Virus record (IMG/VR): IMGVR_UViG_3300021326_000150 | DNA: 33,581 bases | Reading direction: 5' to 3' (one strand) | From: a virus | Part shown: piece after piece, positions 20,702-29,530 of the stretch | Layout of the letters: every line of letters starts with the position of its first letter | Position numbering within the stretch: position 1 is the stretch's first letter | Made by a program: the position numbers and the translations under genes | The notes under the pieces: generated by a model | The model's input: only the letters and a program-made list of their open reading frames with translations | What the model was told of the DNA's origin: nothing | Databases searched by the model: none

Positions 20702-20861
20702 TGCTTATCACCTCATCTTCAAAATCCTTATATGTATGGCTTAGGATTATACCATCAACACAAATCTTTTCTTCACTTTCGTATACTTCTTCAGCATTTT
20801 CTTTTATGCTCATCCAGGATTCGTATTCTTCTAAAGTTTCAAAGTATTTTATGTATTTCAT
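20691..20861 (-). CDS. Small acidic protein
   Basis: Start MKYIKYFETLEEY at 20861, ATGA-overlapping the upstream gene, GGAGG RBS. Confidence 0.6.
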   Translation of the reverse strand: MKYIKYFETLEEYESWMSIKENAEEVYESEEKICVDGIILSHTYKDFEDEVISNDL

Positions 20862-21049
20862 TGTGCCTCCCATGTAATGGAATAGTATAGTATACCATCT
20901 TCGATTTTAAATTCAATTACGGGTTTAACTGCATAAGGATAACCACTATCAACGTATTTGGTTCCGTTCCAGTAGAACCAGTGCCCTGTTGATTGGTCTA
21001 TGTATGGTCCTTTGTTTTCTAAAGTTCCGACAAGTTTCCTTATAGTCAT
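20858..21049 (-). CDS. Small fibre-module protein
   Basis: GPYID..TGHWFYWNG..YVDSG motif seen in phage collagen-fibre linkers. GAGG RBS and upstream TATA box. Confidence 0.65.
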   Translation of the reverse strand: MTIRKLVGTLENKGPYIDQSTGHWFYWNGTKYVDSGYPYAVKPVIEFKIEDGILYYSITWEAQ

Positions 21050-21103
21050 GTTAACAACCTCTCTATAATATTATATGTTTTATTACTTATTTTATTATTT
21101 TGT

Positions 21104-21880
21104 TTATATAAAGTATACATTTTCGCCATCATCACAACCGTCCCATTCCATGTATAACTTATTGTCTTCCCAAACAAACCGTACATTATTAACAATAGCT
21201 ACATCCGGAAGCTCACAATAAGTAACACCGTCTGCATCTTTAACATAATTGGCCTGCGCCATAATATTGGATTCCGTTGGTACGATCATATTAACAACAT
21301 GAGTTATTTCATCCTGTTCAAAAGAACAGTCAGCAAGATCAATACAGTTCTGAGATTCTGGATACATTTCAATTTCAGACATCTGCCTGTATACTCTAAT
21401 GTATTCAGTGTCTTCATTTTCCGTTAGATTAACAATGGAAAGTAATCTTAAATCATGGCCTTCAACCGGATTGCACTCACCGTCACTGTCAATGTAGATT
21501 CTGGTATTCGGCAATATATCTGCAGGAGCAGGTCTTTTGAGTTTTAATCTGAAAACATCACCCAGTACCGCAACAGTAACAAGAGTATGGCCGGATGATT
21601 TAACCTGCACCTTACCTAACAGATAACCGAAGGCCAGTTCACCAGCCTGTGCTTTTCTAACAATTGTATGCTGCATTGTGGATGATTCATCAAGTGTTAC
21701 CATCTCACCTACTGCACATTGGTTTTCACATATCCACGCCGTATGCTCATCATTAACGTAGAACCTTTCGCCCTCATCAAGTAAACAGGCAATAACGTCC
21801 ATCTTTTCTTCATGTTCAAGTCCTGTTGGATATCCACGGCCATGTCCTATAGTACTGCCGTCATCATAGTCACTTATCAT
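21104..21880 (-). CDS. Third, divergent decoration-domain paralog with C-terminal extension
   Basis: MDVIACLLDEG, AVGEMVTL, VAVLGDVFRLKL, EYIRVYR align with the two other decoration proteins. Confidence 0.7.
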   Translation of the reverse strand: MISDYDDGSTIGHGRGYPTGLEHEEKMDVIACLLDEGERFYVNDEHTAWICENQCAVGEMVTLDESSTMQHTIVRKAQAGELAFGYLLGKVQVKSSGHTLVTVAVLGDVFRLKLKRPAPADILPNTRIYIDSDGECNPVEGHDLRLLSIVNLTENEDTEYIRVYRQMSEIEMYPESQNCIDLADCSFEQDEITHVVNMIVPTESNIMAQANYVKDADGVTYCELPDVAIVNNVRFVWEDNKLYMEWDGCDDGENVYFI

Positions 21881-21881
21881 T

Positions 21882-23072
21882 TTAAAACACCCAATCCCAA
21901 TTATGGTTAATTATTTTATCTGGAATGTGAAGTCCAGTATCAGTCATGTCCTCATCGTCTGCATCCCACAATAACCTACTGCCTTTGTAAGCTTTAGGAT
22001 ATTCATGACTTCCTTTATACAATCTAATACCTGTTTTAGAATCCCTTTGCGTTACTGTTATTGCGGGAATAGAATTAGCTGCAAGTAATGGTGACGGGAA
22101 TATTAACATCCATTTCAGGTCAATGTAGTTGTATTCTTCAAAAGCGGTTGTTAAAAACCATCCTGGAGCAACTTCAATTTCATGGTAATTGTTGTCATAA
22201 ATTTTAGTTGGATTGTTTCTGTCGAATCCCTCCAGGTAATCTGAGTCACTGCTGAACCCGTTTGAGACTCTCCCATGGAAATGGTATTGTTTATAATTTC
22301 CCTCCTCATCACTGCCTGAAGCATATGCATCATTGGAATTAACCTGCACTAATGTTTTAGTTCCGTTAAACATTAAGTAAGATTTTTCACCGTCCCAATT
22401 CAAGGATGTGACTTTTATATCTTCCTGATATGTTGTGAGATTATAGTCAGTCTGCATCATGTATGTTCCAGTTGTTGTTCCATGATATGTTGCATTATCA
22501 TTAACATCCACACAACCGGAAATCCGTTTAAATCTTGCAACAGTAACACGATTGTTTGATAGACTTCCACCAGAGGCGAATGTTGTAAATAATGATGTTG
22601 GTGAACTTCCATCCATACTTGGAACAAATCTAGCTCTTAAAAATCTGCCCCCATCCGTTGAATCATTGTTGATACTTAAACCTGAGTATGTCATAAAAAA
22701 CTGGGAGTATGTGTCAGAATTTGCATCGAACATTAACACCTCACCACCAGTGGATAAAGTGCTGCTGAAGATGGTTGAGGTATCATAAACATCAAGAAAT
22801 AGCTTTGTTGTTTGGGAGATCTTACCGACCGGAACCCTGACCAGGATAGCTGCCGGTTGAGATCCATAACTTGGAATGTATAATACTGGACAGTTGCTTC
22901 CATCTTTGGTTTTGATCTTTAAGTTTTTCAAATCACTTCTGAAAAGATTGGAATAAGAACTGTTGGCCAGATTATCCAAGAAGATGTAATCATAGTTGGA
23001 TGAATAGCTACCGCTTCTTTGCGTGTAATTGTTTATTACAATATTGATTTGTAATTCCGCTTGCAATGTCAT
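21882..23072 (-). CDS. Putative virion surface protein with N-terminal DUF2341-like domain
   Basis: SDLKNLKIKTKDG..CP.LY......ILVRVP....KLFL pattern, then a beta-rich region and C-terminal YKGSRLLW. Confidence 0.55.
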   Translation of the reverse strand: MTLQAELQINIVINNYTQRSGSYSSNYDYIFLDNLANSSYSNLFRSDLKNLKIKTKDGSNCPVLYIPSYGSQPAAILVRVPVGKISQTTKLFLDVYDTSTIFSSTLSTGGEVLMFDANSDTYSQFFMTYSGLSINNDSTDGGRFLRARFVPSMDGSSPTSLFTTFASGGSLSNNRVTVARFKRISGCVDVNDNATYHGTTTGTYMMQTDYNLTTYQEDIKVTSLNWDGEKSYLMFNGTKTLVQVNSNDAYASGSDEEGNYKQYHFHGRVSNGFSSDSDYLEGFDRNNPTKIYDNNYHEIEVAPGWFLTTAFEEYNYIDLKWMLIFPSPLLAANSIPAITVTQRDSKTGIRLYKGSHEYPKAYKGSRLLWDADDEDMTDTGLHIPDKIINHNWDWVF

Positions 23073-23127
23073 GATTAATAATTTATTATGTATTTTATAT
23101 AAATCATATAATAATTATAGTAATATT

Positions 23128-23645
23128 GACATTAACATTAACGATTGCATACTCAGATGTTGAACCCCTCCGCACTTTGATATATATGCAAGGGTTGAGA
23201 TTAAATCAACATTAACAACAGTGCCCGTTAATGTCAATAACAATTATGGAAAACCTAATGTTAACAATAACTATTGATTTAAATTAACATTAACATTAAC
23301 GATTTGATATTTGAATTTTGGATGTGAATTAACGTTAACGACTGCGATTTAGGATTTAAAAGTTATTTCCCCCTGCACTGCGATATATATGCAAGGGTTG
23401 AAAAAGAAACAACATTAACGATAGCGAATGTTAATGTGAAAACCATTGCCAGAAATTAAAGCTTTGAGATATTCATTGCTTTAAATTAACATTAACATTA
23501 ACGATTACAATAGCTGAAGTTGAAACCGGATTAACATTAACAGTGACCATTTGTTAATTGAAACTTGCTTTTGAAAAGAAGTTGATGTATATGCATAGTT
23601 GAAATAGATATTGATTAGTAATACCCTTGCCGTTAATGTAATACT
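23128..23645. repeat. ~202-bp imperfect tandem modules rich in ACATTAAC with a GATATATATGCAAGGGTTGA core
   Basis: Core at 23179 and 23382, degenerate copy at 23584. The 27-mer TTTAAATTAACATTAACATTAACGATT is at 23278 and 23480. Confidence 0.85.
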
Positions 23646-23855
23646 TACTTCATTAAAATTATACTTGTTGATTTACATTTGTTTTAATTAACGATAACAT
23701 AAAGAATTATGATAGTAATATCTTGTTCGACATGTCATTATCACAATAACATTACAATCAGCCTTTTGAAATTTGAATTTTGTTTTACATTAACATTACT
23801 GTTAAGGATTTGCCCAGACCAGAACAACCTGACGGCACCCACGTTTTAAGCGAGC

Positions 23856-24590
23856 CAATTCGCCCCACCATAACCACGCCGACCCGAGGCCGACCAACGG
23901 GAGGCCGAAGTGGGAGGCGTGGTATAGGTGGGGTGAATAGAATTGGCGAGCATATACTATAGGGAGGAACCGACCCTTGCCGGTCGGTTCCGTATGGTTA
24001 CTTATGAATAAAAAGAGTTTACATTGAAATACAACCATTATATGCAGTCCGGCCTTTAGGTCGGACTGGATGCCTTGAGCGTAAGCGAAAGGCCAATACT
24101 ATAGGTCTAGCAATAATAGTTTTGTCAAGGTGCAGGAACAGGGGCTTGTCCCCTGTTCCGTAGTTATGGATTTGGAATAGCTTATTTTGTCAAAGTTAAA
24201 GGAACCGACCCTCGCCGGTCGGTTCCGCTGAGGTAAAACATGGACAAGCATGATCAAATTTTTTTAGTAGCAAACATTAGCATTATGTTCCGTCCGAGCG
24301 TAAGCGAGGACTGGACGCCTTGAGCGATAGCGAAAGGCCATACTATAGACAGAGCAATAATAGCTTTATAGGAGTCGAGGAATAGGGGCTTGCCCCTATT
24401 CCGAGTTTATGGATTTGGAATTATTGATTATATCAAATTTAAGAACCGACCCTTGCCGGTCGGTTCGAGGTTTATGAAATTTGCAGTTTAACTTACATCG
24501 GGCATTGGCAGTTGTGGGTAATTAAAGGGGGGCTTGTCCCCCCTTAATTAGGCATTAAGGGTTTCAATGCACGCCCGAACCCCACAAGAC
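23856..24590. other. GC-rich multi-hairpin region with ~240-bp triplicated unit (structured ncRNA or ssDNA element)
   Basis: GAACCGACC-6nt-GGTCGGTTC hairpins starting at 23966, 24201 and 24443. GCCTT-GAGCG(TA/AT)AGCGA-AAGGC at 24072 and 24317. GGGGC-TTG-(T)CCCC hairpins at ~24135, 24379 and 24520. Confidence 0.8.
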
Positions 24591-24718
24591 GAAATATAAA
24601 ATTTTTTAGAGGAAGTGAAAACATGTTCAAAAACACTTCCCCCGACACCTAATCAAAGAGTGATTCAATGAAAAGTCGTAGCTCAGGTGGAAAAGTAACA
24701 AAAAATACACCGTCATAG

Positions 24719-25696
24719 CTAAATTCTAGTTCTATTGAATCCCATATCCTTTAATATCTTATTATATTCCTCACGAGTTGTAAAAGAAGGTGAATCTTCA
24801 TCTCCAGTACTTCCAGTGTCGCCAGTGTCTCCAACATCACCAGAGTTTCCGGGATTCCTACCACCCGGTGTGGAACCGTCTTTACTAGCTTCAATTTTAA
24901 TTCTTCTCTCAGCCAGTTTCTCCATTAGCTCCATATCAACGTCACCGGACAATAGCTTATCAATTATTTCTTTATCCTGAGCATTCTCATTATAGTTAAA
25001 GTTGTACTTGGCCTCGTACTCTTTAATCTTCCTTTCATTCTCAGCTTTTCTAAGTTCAGATAATTCCTTTAAGATATCATCTTTACTTTCAATGAAGTCC
25101 TTATTTTCTTCAATATCTTTTTTAATTTCTTCATATCTTTCAGATTCTTCTTTTAGAGTTTTAATCTCTTCCTGAAGTTTTCCGATTTCCGCATCCTTGC
25201 CTTGCAGTTTCTCCAATAGTAAGGTAGTAGCTACATTAGCTTCTTTACTTGGAGGTTGAGGTTGTGGCTGCGGTTGAGGTGCCGGATTACCTGGTTCGCC
25301 AGTGGCACCGGTATCTCCAGTAATATCAGAATTCAACAGGGTAATTTTTCTAGGGCTTTTGGTTACGCCAACATCTATTAGGCTCATAGTATCAATTCCA
25401 AATGAATCTCCGTTATCTTTTAATAAGACATCTATTTTAGGGGATAAACCTTTTCCTTCCATATCCAGTTCATCAGGAACTTCAAGGAATAGTTTTCCTT
25501 CCTCGTATTCTATATTGTTTCCGATGCCAACGTAGATATTGTCATGTTCTGAAGTTAAAGGAATTCCTCCACGATAGTTTTCAGCTATTAGTTTTAGATC
25601 ATCTTCAGTCCATTCAACAGGTTTATCAAGTTTTTCGTCCAGGTCAGAATAGTCGTATGATCCAACTTCAAAAAGTTCATGCCTCATTATTATCAC
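24719..25696 (-). CDS. Prohead protease-scaffold fusion
   Basis: N-terminal IPLTSEH..G....LSP...DVGVT..PR resembles the prohead serine-protease His/Ser pattern. Pro/Gln linker and C-terminal coiled coil. Directly follows the portal gene. Confidence 0.78.
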   Translation of the reverse strand: MIIMRHELFEVGSYDYSDLDEKLDKPVEWTEDDLKLIAENYRGGIPLTSEHDNIYVGIGNNIEYEEGKLFLEVPDELDMEGKGLSPKIDVLLKDNGDSFGIDTMSLIDVGVTKSPRKITLLNSDITGDTGATGEPGNPAPQPQPQPQPPSKEANVATTLLLEKLQGKDAEIGKLQEEIKTLKEESERYEEIKKDIEENKDFIESKDDILKELSELRKAENERKIKEYEAKYNFNYNENAQDKEIIDKLLSGDVDMELMEKLAERRIKIEASKDGSTPGGRNPGNSGDVGDTGDTGSTGDEDSPSFTTREEYNKILKDMGFNRTRI

Positions 25697-25737
25697 ATCT
25701 ATTATTTACTTTATTACTTTATTTATATAAATATATA

Positions 25738-27039
25738 TTATATTTCAACTCCACTGTCAGTTAAAATCCTTTCACCGACCGGTTGCTCCTCTTCAAAGTT
25801 ACTTAAATAGTTCTTATAGATTTCATCACCCTCAGAGGACAATTCCATAATATATCTTAATACATCATCACGAGAATAACTGAAGTAAACATCTAAAGTT
25901 TCTTTAACACCCATTAACTCCAATTGCCTCTTTAATAATTCATTGCAATACTTTAACACCCACTTCTGGTCATTAGCAACATTAACAATAAACCCAGTAA
26001 TAGCTGAATCGTTAATGTACTCAGCAACATTCTGATTGGATTTCTCATTACCTGCCTGTGACTGCGGTGTCACGAAAGTCCTTAAAATATTATTCCTGAA
26101 GATTTCCGTTTGCCTTGTATAGTCAGATTGATAATTGTTACCCCCAAGTATTTTAGATTCGATTCCTGGAGGTACAATAGCTACATTACTTCCGGCCGTG
26201 GTTCCGTAATCAGCATATAGGTTTTCCTTTGCAGTGGATGAAAGTTCTGTAATTATAGGCTGACCGTTACTGTCCAGTGAAGGTTTAACCTCAATAATAT
26301 TATCCTTATTAATACGCTCCACCTGATTCCTTTCAAGATTGCACTTATGATAAATATCATCCAAGCAGTTCAGGATAATGCTTTGGGCTTCTGAGTAGAT
26401 TTCATTGTACATGAAGTTAATAACCTCATCCGGTTCATACTTGACCGTTAATGTGCCTTCCTCAATACTAACGAAATTATTGAAGTCTTCAGGTGAACCG
26501 TTAACAATATCCTTTGGCATTTCATGAAGGTATAGCTGCACTTCATTATCATCATTAAACTCTTTCTTTAATCCGTAACCGTGAGCGCCGATTTCAAGAA
26601 ATATAGGTTTAATATATTTACCAATACTTTTATCCCATCTCTCTACAGGTTTAATTAATCCCTCACCGTCTACCATTCCGCCCTGAAGGATGTTCTTTGC
26701 AACTTGCGAAATATCAATCATCCTGGCCCAAAGTATTAAAGTCAATTTCTGTTCAGCAGATAACTTCTCTTCCTTATCAACCAGTACTATATTAACATTA
26801 GCTTTATCAATTCTATTTTTCAATACTCCTGCAGTGTAACCGTCAAGTTTAACAGCATACCTTGCGTTAGCTATAGTTTTATTTATTACAGGGGGAAGTG
26901 CATCAGGAAGGTCAAGACCGGTATTGATCCCGTCAGTACGTGGTTGTCTTTCATCCTCACCCCAATAGCTGCGCTTAGTATTGTACTGTTCCACACGGTT
27001 ATTCAGCAATCTGGTTTTTATAAAATCAGTAACGCCCAT
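25738..27039 (-). CDS. Portal protein
   Basis: ~433 aa, first large structural gene after terL and directly before the protease. DGEGLI, SIILNCLDDI, IVPPG..KILG, NI...F..P pattern. Start placed at MGVTDF. Confidence 0.72.
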   Translation of the reverse strand: MGVTDFIKTRLLNNRVEQYNTKRSYWGEDERQPRTDGINTGLDLPDALPPVINKTIANARYAVKLDGYTAGVLKNRIDKANVNIVLVDKEEKLSAEQKLTLILWARMIDISQVAKNILQGGMVDGEGLIKPVERWDKSIGKYIKPIFLEIGAHGYGLKKEFNDDNEVQLYLHEMPKDIVNGSPEDFNNFVSIEEGTLTVKYEPDEVINFMYNEIYSEAQSIILNCLDDIYHKCNLERNQVERINKDNIIEVKPSLDSNGQPIITELSSTAKENLYADYGTTAGSNVAIVPPGIESKILGGNNYQSDYTRQTEIFRNNILRTFVTPQSQAGNEKSNQNVAEYINDSAITGFIVNVANDQKWVLKYCNELLKRQLELMGVKETLDVYFSYSRDDVLRYIMELSSEGDEIYKNYLSNFEEEQPVGERILTDSGVEI

Positions 27040-27040
27040 A

Positions 27041-27205
27041 TTATCCATTTCCAATTGTTACTGTGAATAAGTTTTCAGTATCGACACTGTTGAATCTTCT
27101 GAGTTTAAAATCAGTAAGGTCCAGAAGGTTTTCAAGTTCGTGGCATGCGCTTAAATCAGAATCGTGTCCTTCATAGTCCAGTTCAATAATTATTCTTCTC
27201 ATCAT
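27041..27205 (-). CDS. Small protein (54 aa, below ORF-track cutoff)
   Basis: MMRRIIIELDYEGHDSD...; GGTGA RBS; stop abuts the portal start. Confidence 0.55.
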   Translation of the reverse strand: MMRRIIIELDYEGHDSDLSACHELENLLDLTDFKLRRFNSVDTENLFTVTIGNG

Positions 27206-27207
27206 TA

Positions 27208-27348
27208 TCACCTTTCAAATACTTCTCTTATATCGTATTCATCTTTTTTAATTAAGCAATAACACCTGTATAATAGGTCAATCATTAACAAACTAACTAT
27301 TGCATTAATTAAAACCAATCCGACAAGTATGCCTATCATTTCATACAT
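27208..27348 (-). CDS. Small membrane protein (46 aa, below ORF-track cutoff)
   Basis: MYEMIGILVGLVLINAIVSLLMIDLLY...; GGTGA RBS; tightly coupled to the downstream ORF. Confidence 0.55.
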   Translation of the reverse strand: MYEMIGILVGLVLINAIVSLLMIDLLYRCYCLIKKDEYDIREVFER

Positions 27349-27486
27349 TAACAATCACCTAAGGAGTTTTTTCTTAGAAAAATAAATATTTCCAGTAAGG
27401 ATATTTTCAGTTGAAATATACCTCTATTATATACTTTATTATATTATTTATATAAAATAAGTAATAAATTTAAGGTGAAATGAGAG

Positions 27487-27514
27487 TTGCAATTCCTGTT
27501 GCAAAAATTGCAAT
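27487..27514. repeat. Satellite cluster of three TTGCAA motifs
   Basis: GTTGCAATTCCTGTTGCAAAAATTGCAATTCC, the same unit as the 78-570 array, upstream of the portal operon promoter. Confidence 0.65.
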
Positions 27515-27621
27515 TCCAAAAAAAGAATATCAATAACACTACTAAAATCAATAACTAAAGATTAAAAGAATTGCTATTAAAAAAATAAGTAAAATAAAAA
27601 AAGTAAATAATATAAATAAAG

Positions 27622-28089
27622 TTATTCTGAATTCATATCTTCATATAACTTATTTACATCATCCATATTCATATCGTGATATGCCAGGTTAATTAAAAAG
27701 AATCTGAAGACTTCTTTGTTTTTGCTGCTGAGTTCCTGAATATCAGTTATGCCAAAAGTATCCATATAATACAATACCATTTCCTTGAATAGTTCAAGTG
27801 GTATGTGATTTCTTATCATATCTTCACTGTCAGAATCAGAATCATCACTAGGTTTTGTTGGAACTTCCATATCTCTTAATCTGGATCTGACTGATGCTGT
27901 TAATTCATTAACCTTATCCATTGCTTCATTAAGTTCTAAAATTTCAGTATCTAAAACATTTTGATGCTGTTCGATTGCAGCCTTACAACCTAACTCAAAA
28001 ATTTCCCTGTTAGTTAAACCAGATAATTCTCTAGCTTTAACAGTCTTTGACTTGTCGGCTTTAATATGGAAATCAATCTTTTCAGCCAT
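27622..28089 (-). CDS. RHH-like DNA-binding protein with coiled-coil extension
   Basis: IDFHIK...SGLTNREIFELG matches the SDYSHRDAYELG and SNYTYRDALEVG motifs of two other ORFs. Confidence 0.6.
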   Translation of the reverse strand: MAEKIDFHIKADKSKTVKARELSGLTNREIFELGCKAAIEQHQNVLDTEILELNEAMDKVNELTASVRSRLRDMEVPTKPSDDSDSDSEDMIRNHIPLELFKEMVLYYMDTFGITDIQELSSKNKEVFRFFLINLAYHDMNMDDVNKLYEDMNSE

Positions 28090-28412
28090 TATAACATCCT
28101 CCCATAAAAAGCCTTTAAAACATTCCTAGCATTTGCTAATACAAATAATATATCTTTATCTTCCCTAAATCTCATGGAAGATTCTTCATTAATACTTTCC
28201 ATACTTAACACTTCCGTATTCATATTGAATTGGAAATGTGCAAAAAATAATTTTTTTTGTAATACACTTTTGTATATACAAATCCATAAATAAGTTTATA
28301 TATAACCATCTCTATAAATAATTATAAGTTTAAACTTATGGATTATGAAATGACGGCAATCATTTCATAATTTCTTTCTATCGCTATTTTTTAACACATT
28401 TTCAATATAATT

Positions 28413-28589
28413 TTAATCCAATGTTGATTGTTTATCTTCATTCTGATCTCTTTCTAAACCTTCTTGAATATACCTTGTAATCAGGTCAACTTCTTTTGTC
28501 CTACTTCTCTTAGCTTGAATTTCAAATTCAATAGCTAAATCTTCTGAAATTTTAAATGATTTCTGCTTAGTGGGTTCCTGAATCGCCAT
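28413..28589 (-). CDS. Small ribbon-helix-helix protein (58 aa, below ORF-track cutoff)
   Basis: MAIQEPTKQKSFKISEDLAIEFEIQAKRSRTKEVDLITRYIQEGLERD, a CopG-like pattern. GTGA RBS. Confidence 0.7.
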   Translation of the reverse strand: MAIQEPTKQKSFKISEDLAIEFEIQAKRSRTKEVDLITRYIQEGLERDQNEDKQSTLD

Positions 28590-28829
28590 GATTTATCACT
28601 CACTCCATTAAGTTAAATTTATATTTAGATAAACTACTATATAAATAAATTGTAAAATATCTTTAAATTTAATAATATTTTATTTTATTTTATTTTTTTA
28701 TTTCCTATATTTATTATTATTAATTATTTTTTTAAAATAATTTTATTTGAATTTTAATTGAAAAATTATTGTATCGATTTTTTCGCGGGATTTTTTTATG
28801 GAGGTCGATGTGAATTGTTGCATTGTAAA

Positions 28830-29515
28830 CAGTCCACGCGGAAGTCCATAACGTGGACTGTAGTCCATACATCCATCCACGTGGACTGCCCCAAAAAATG
28901 TGTACCCCCTGAAAATTGCGTTGATTTTGGAAAGATAACAATGTTATGTCGGCCCGACTAGGTTCGCAGACAACAATTTTATGAAAAATCAGTCCATACT
29001 CCAGTCCATAAACAGTCCATAGTATAGTCCATAATCAGTCCATAGTTATGGACACCCTACAAAAAGAAGTTCATATCGACCTTAGATTTCTGATACATGG
29101 GGGGTATACCTGATTCGTGTATGTCCATTAGTCCATCCATACATCCATCAGTCCACAAACAGTCCATCATCCAGTCCATCCACAACTTAGTCCACAAACA
29201 GTCCACGATATAGTCCACACTTTATCCATTAGTTAGTCCATAAACAGTCCATAACATAGTCCATAGTATGTCCATCAAGTAGTCCATAACCAGTCCATAG
29301 TATAGTCCATAGTTAGTCCATAACATAGTCCACGATATATCCATTACCTTGTCCATAATCAGTCCCTCAGATAACCCATATGATAATCCCATTGGGTGTC
29401 CATGGTGTCCCACTTCAAGTCCACAAACAGTCCACGATGCAGTCCATAGTATGTCCATAAGACAGTCCATAAAGTCCACAGTATAGTCCATAGTATGTCC
29501 ATCAATATGTCCATA
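28830..29515. repeat. Array of ~35-40 (A/T)GTCCA(T/C) motifs at mostly 10-12-bp spacing
   Basis: For example CAGTCCATAGTATAGTCCATAATCAGTCCAT. A few inverted TGGAC copies at the left end. Begins right after the terL stop. Confidence 0.92.
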
Positions 29516-29530
29516 GCAAAATAGCTATTA

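Noticed and set aside
23584-23606. Mini-ORB-like origin box (..AGTTGAAAT)
   Set aside because: Only a partial match in AT-rich DNA, not repeated consistently, and no orc1/cdc6 gene in the window.
23856-23948. tRNA, SRP RNA or RNase P RNA
   Set aside because: No cloverleaf with TTC T-loop, no SRP helix-8 motif and no RNase P conserved regions recognised.
23128-24590. Possible CRISPR or mini-CRISPR array
   Set aside because: Repeats are spaced ~202 or ~240 bp, are few, and the intervening sequence is itself homologous. No cas genes are present.
28089-28223. 44-aa ORF overlapping the start of 27622..28089 by TAATG
   Set aside because: Plausibly real, but it has no clear RBS or recognisable motif, so it was not listed as a feature.
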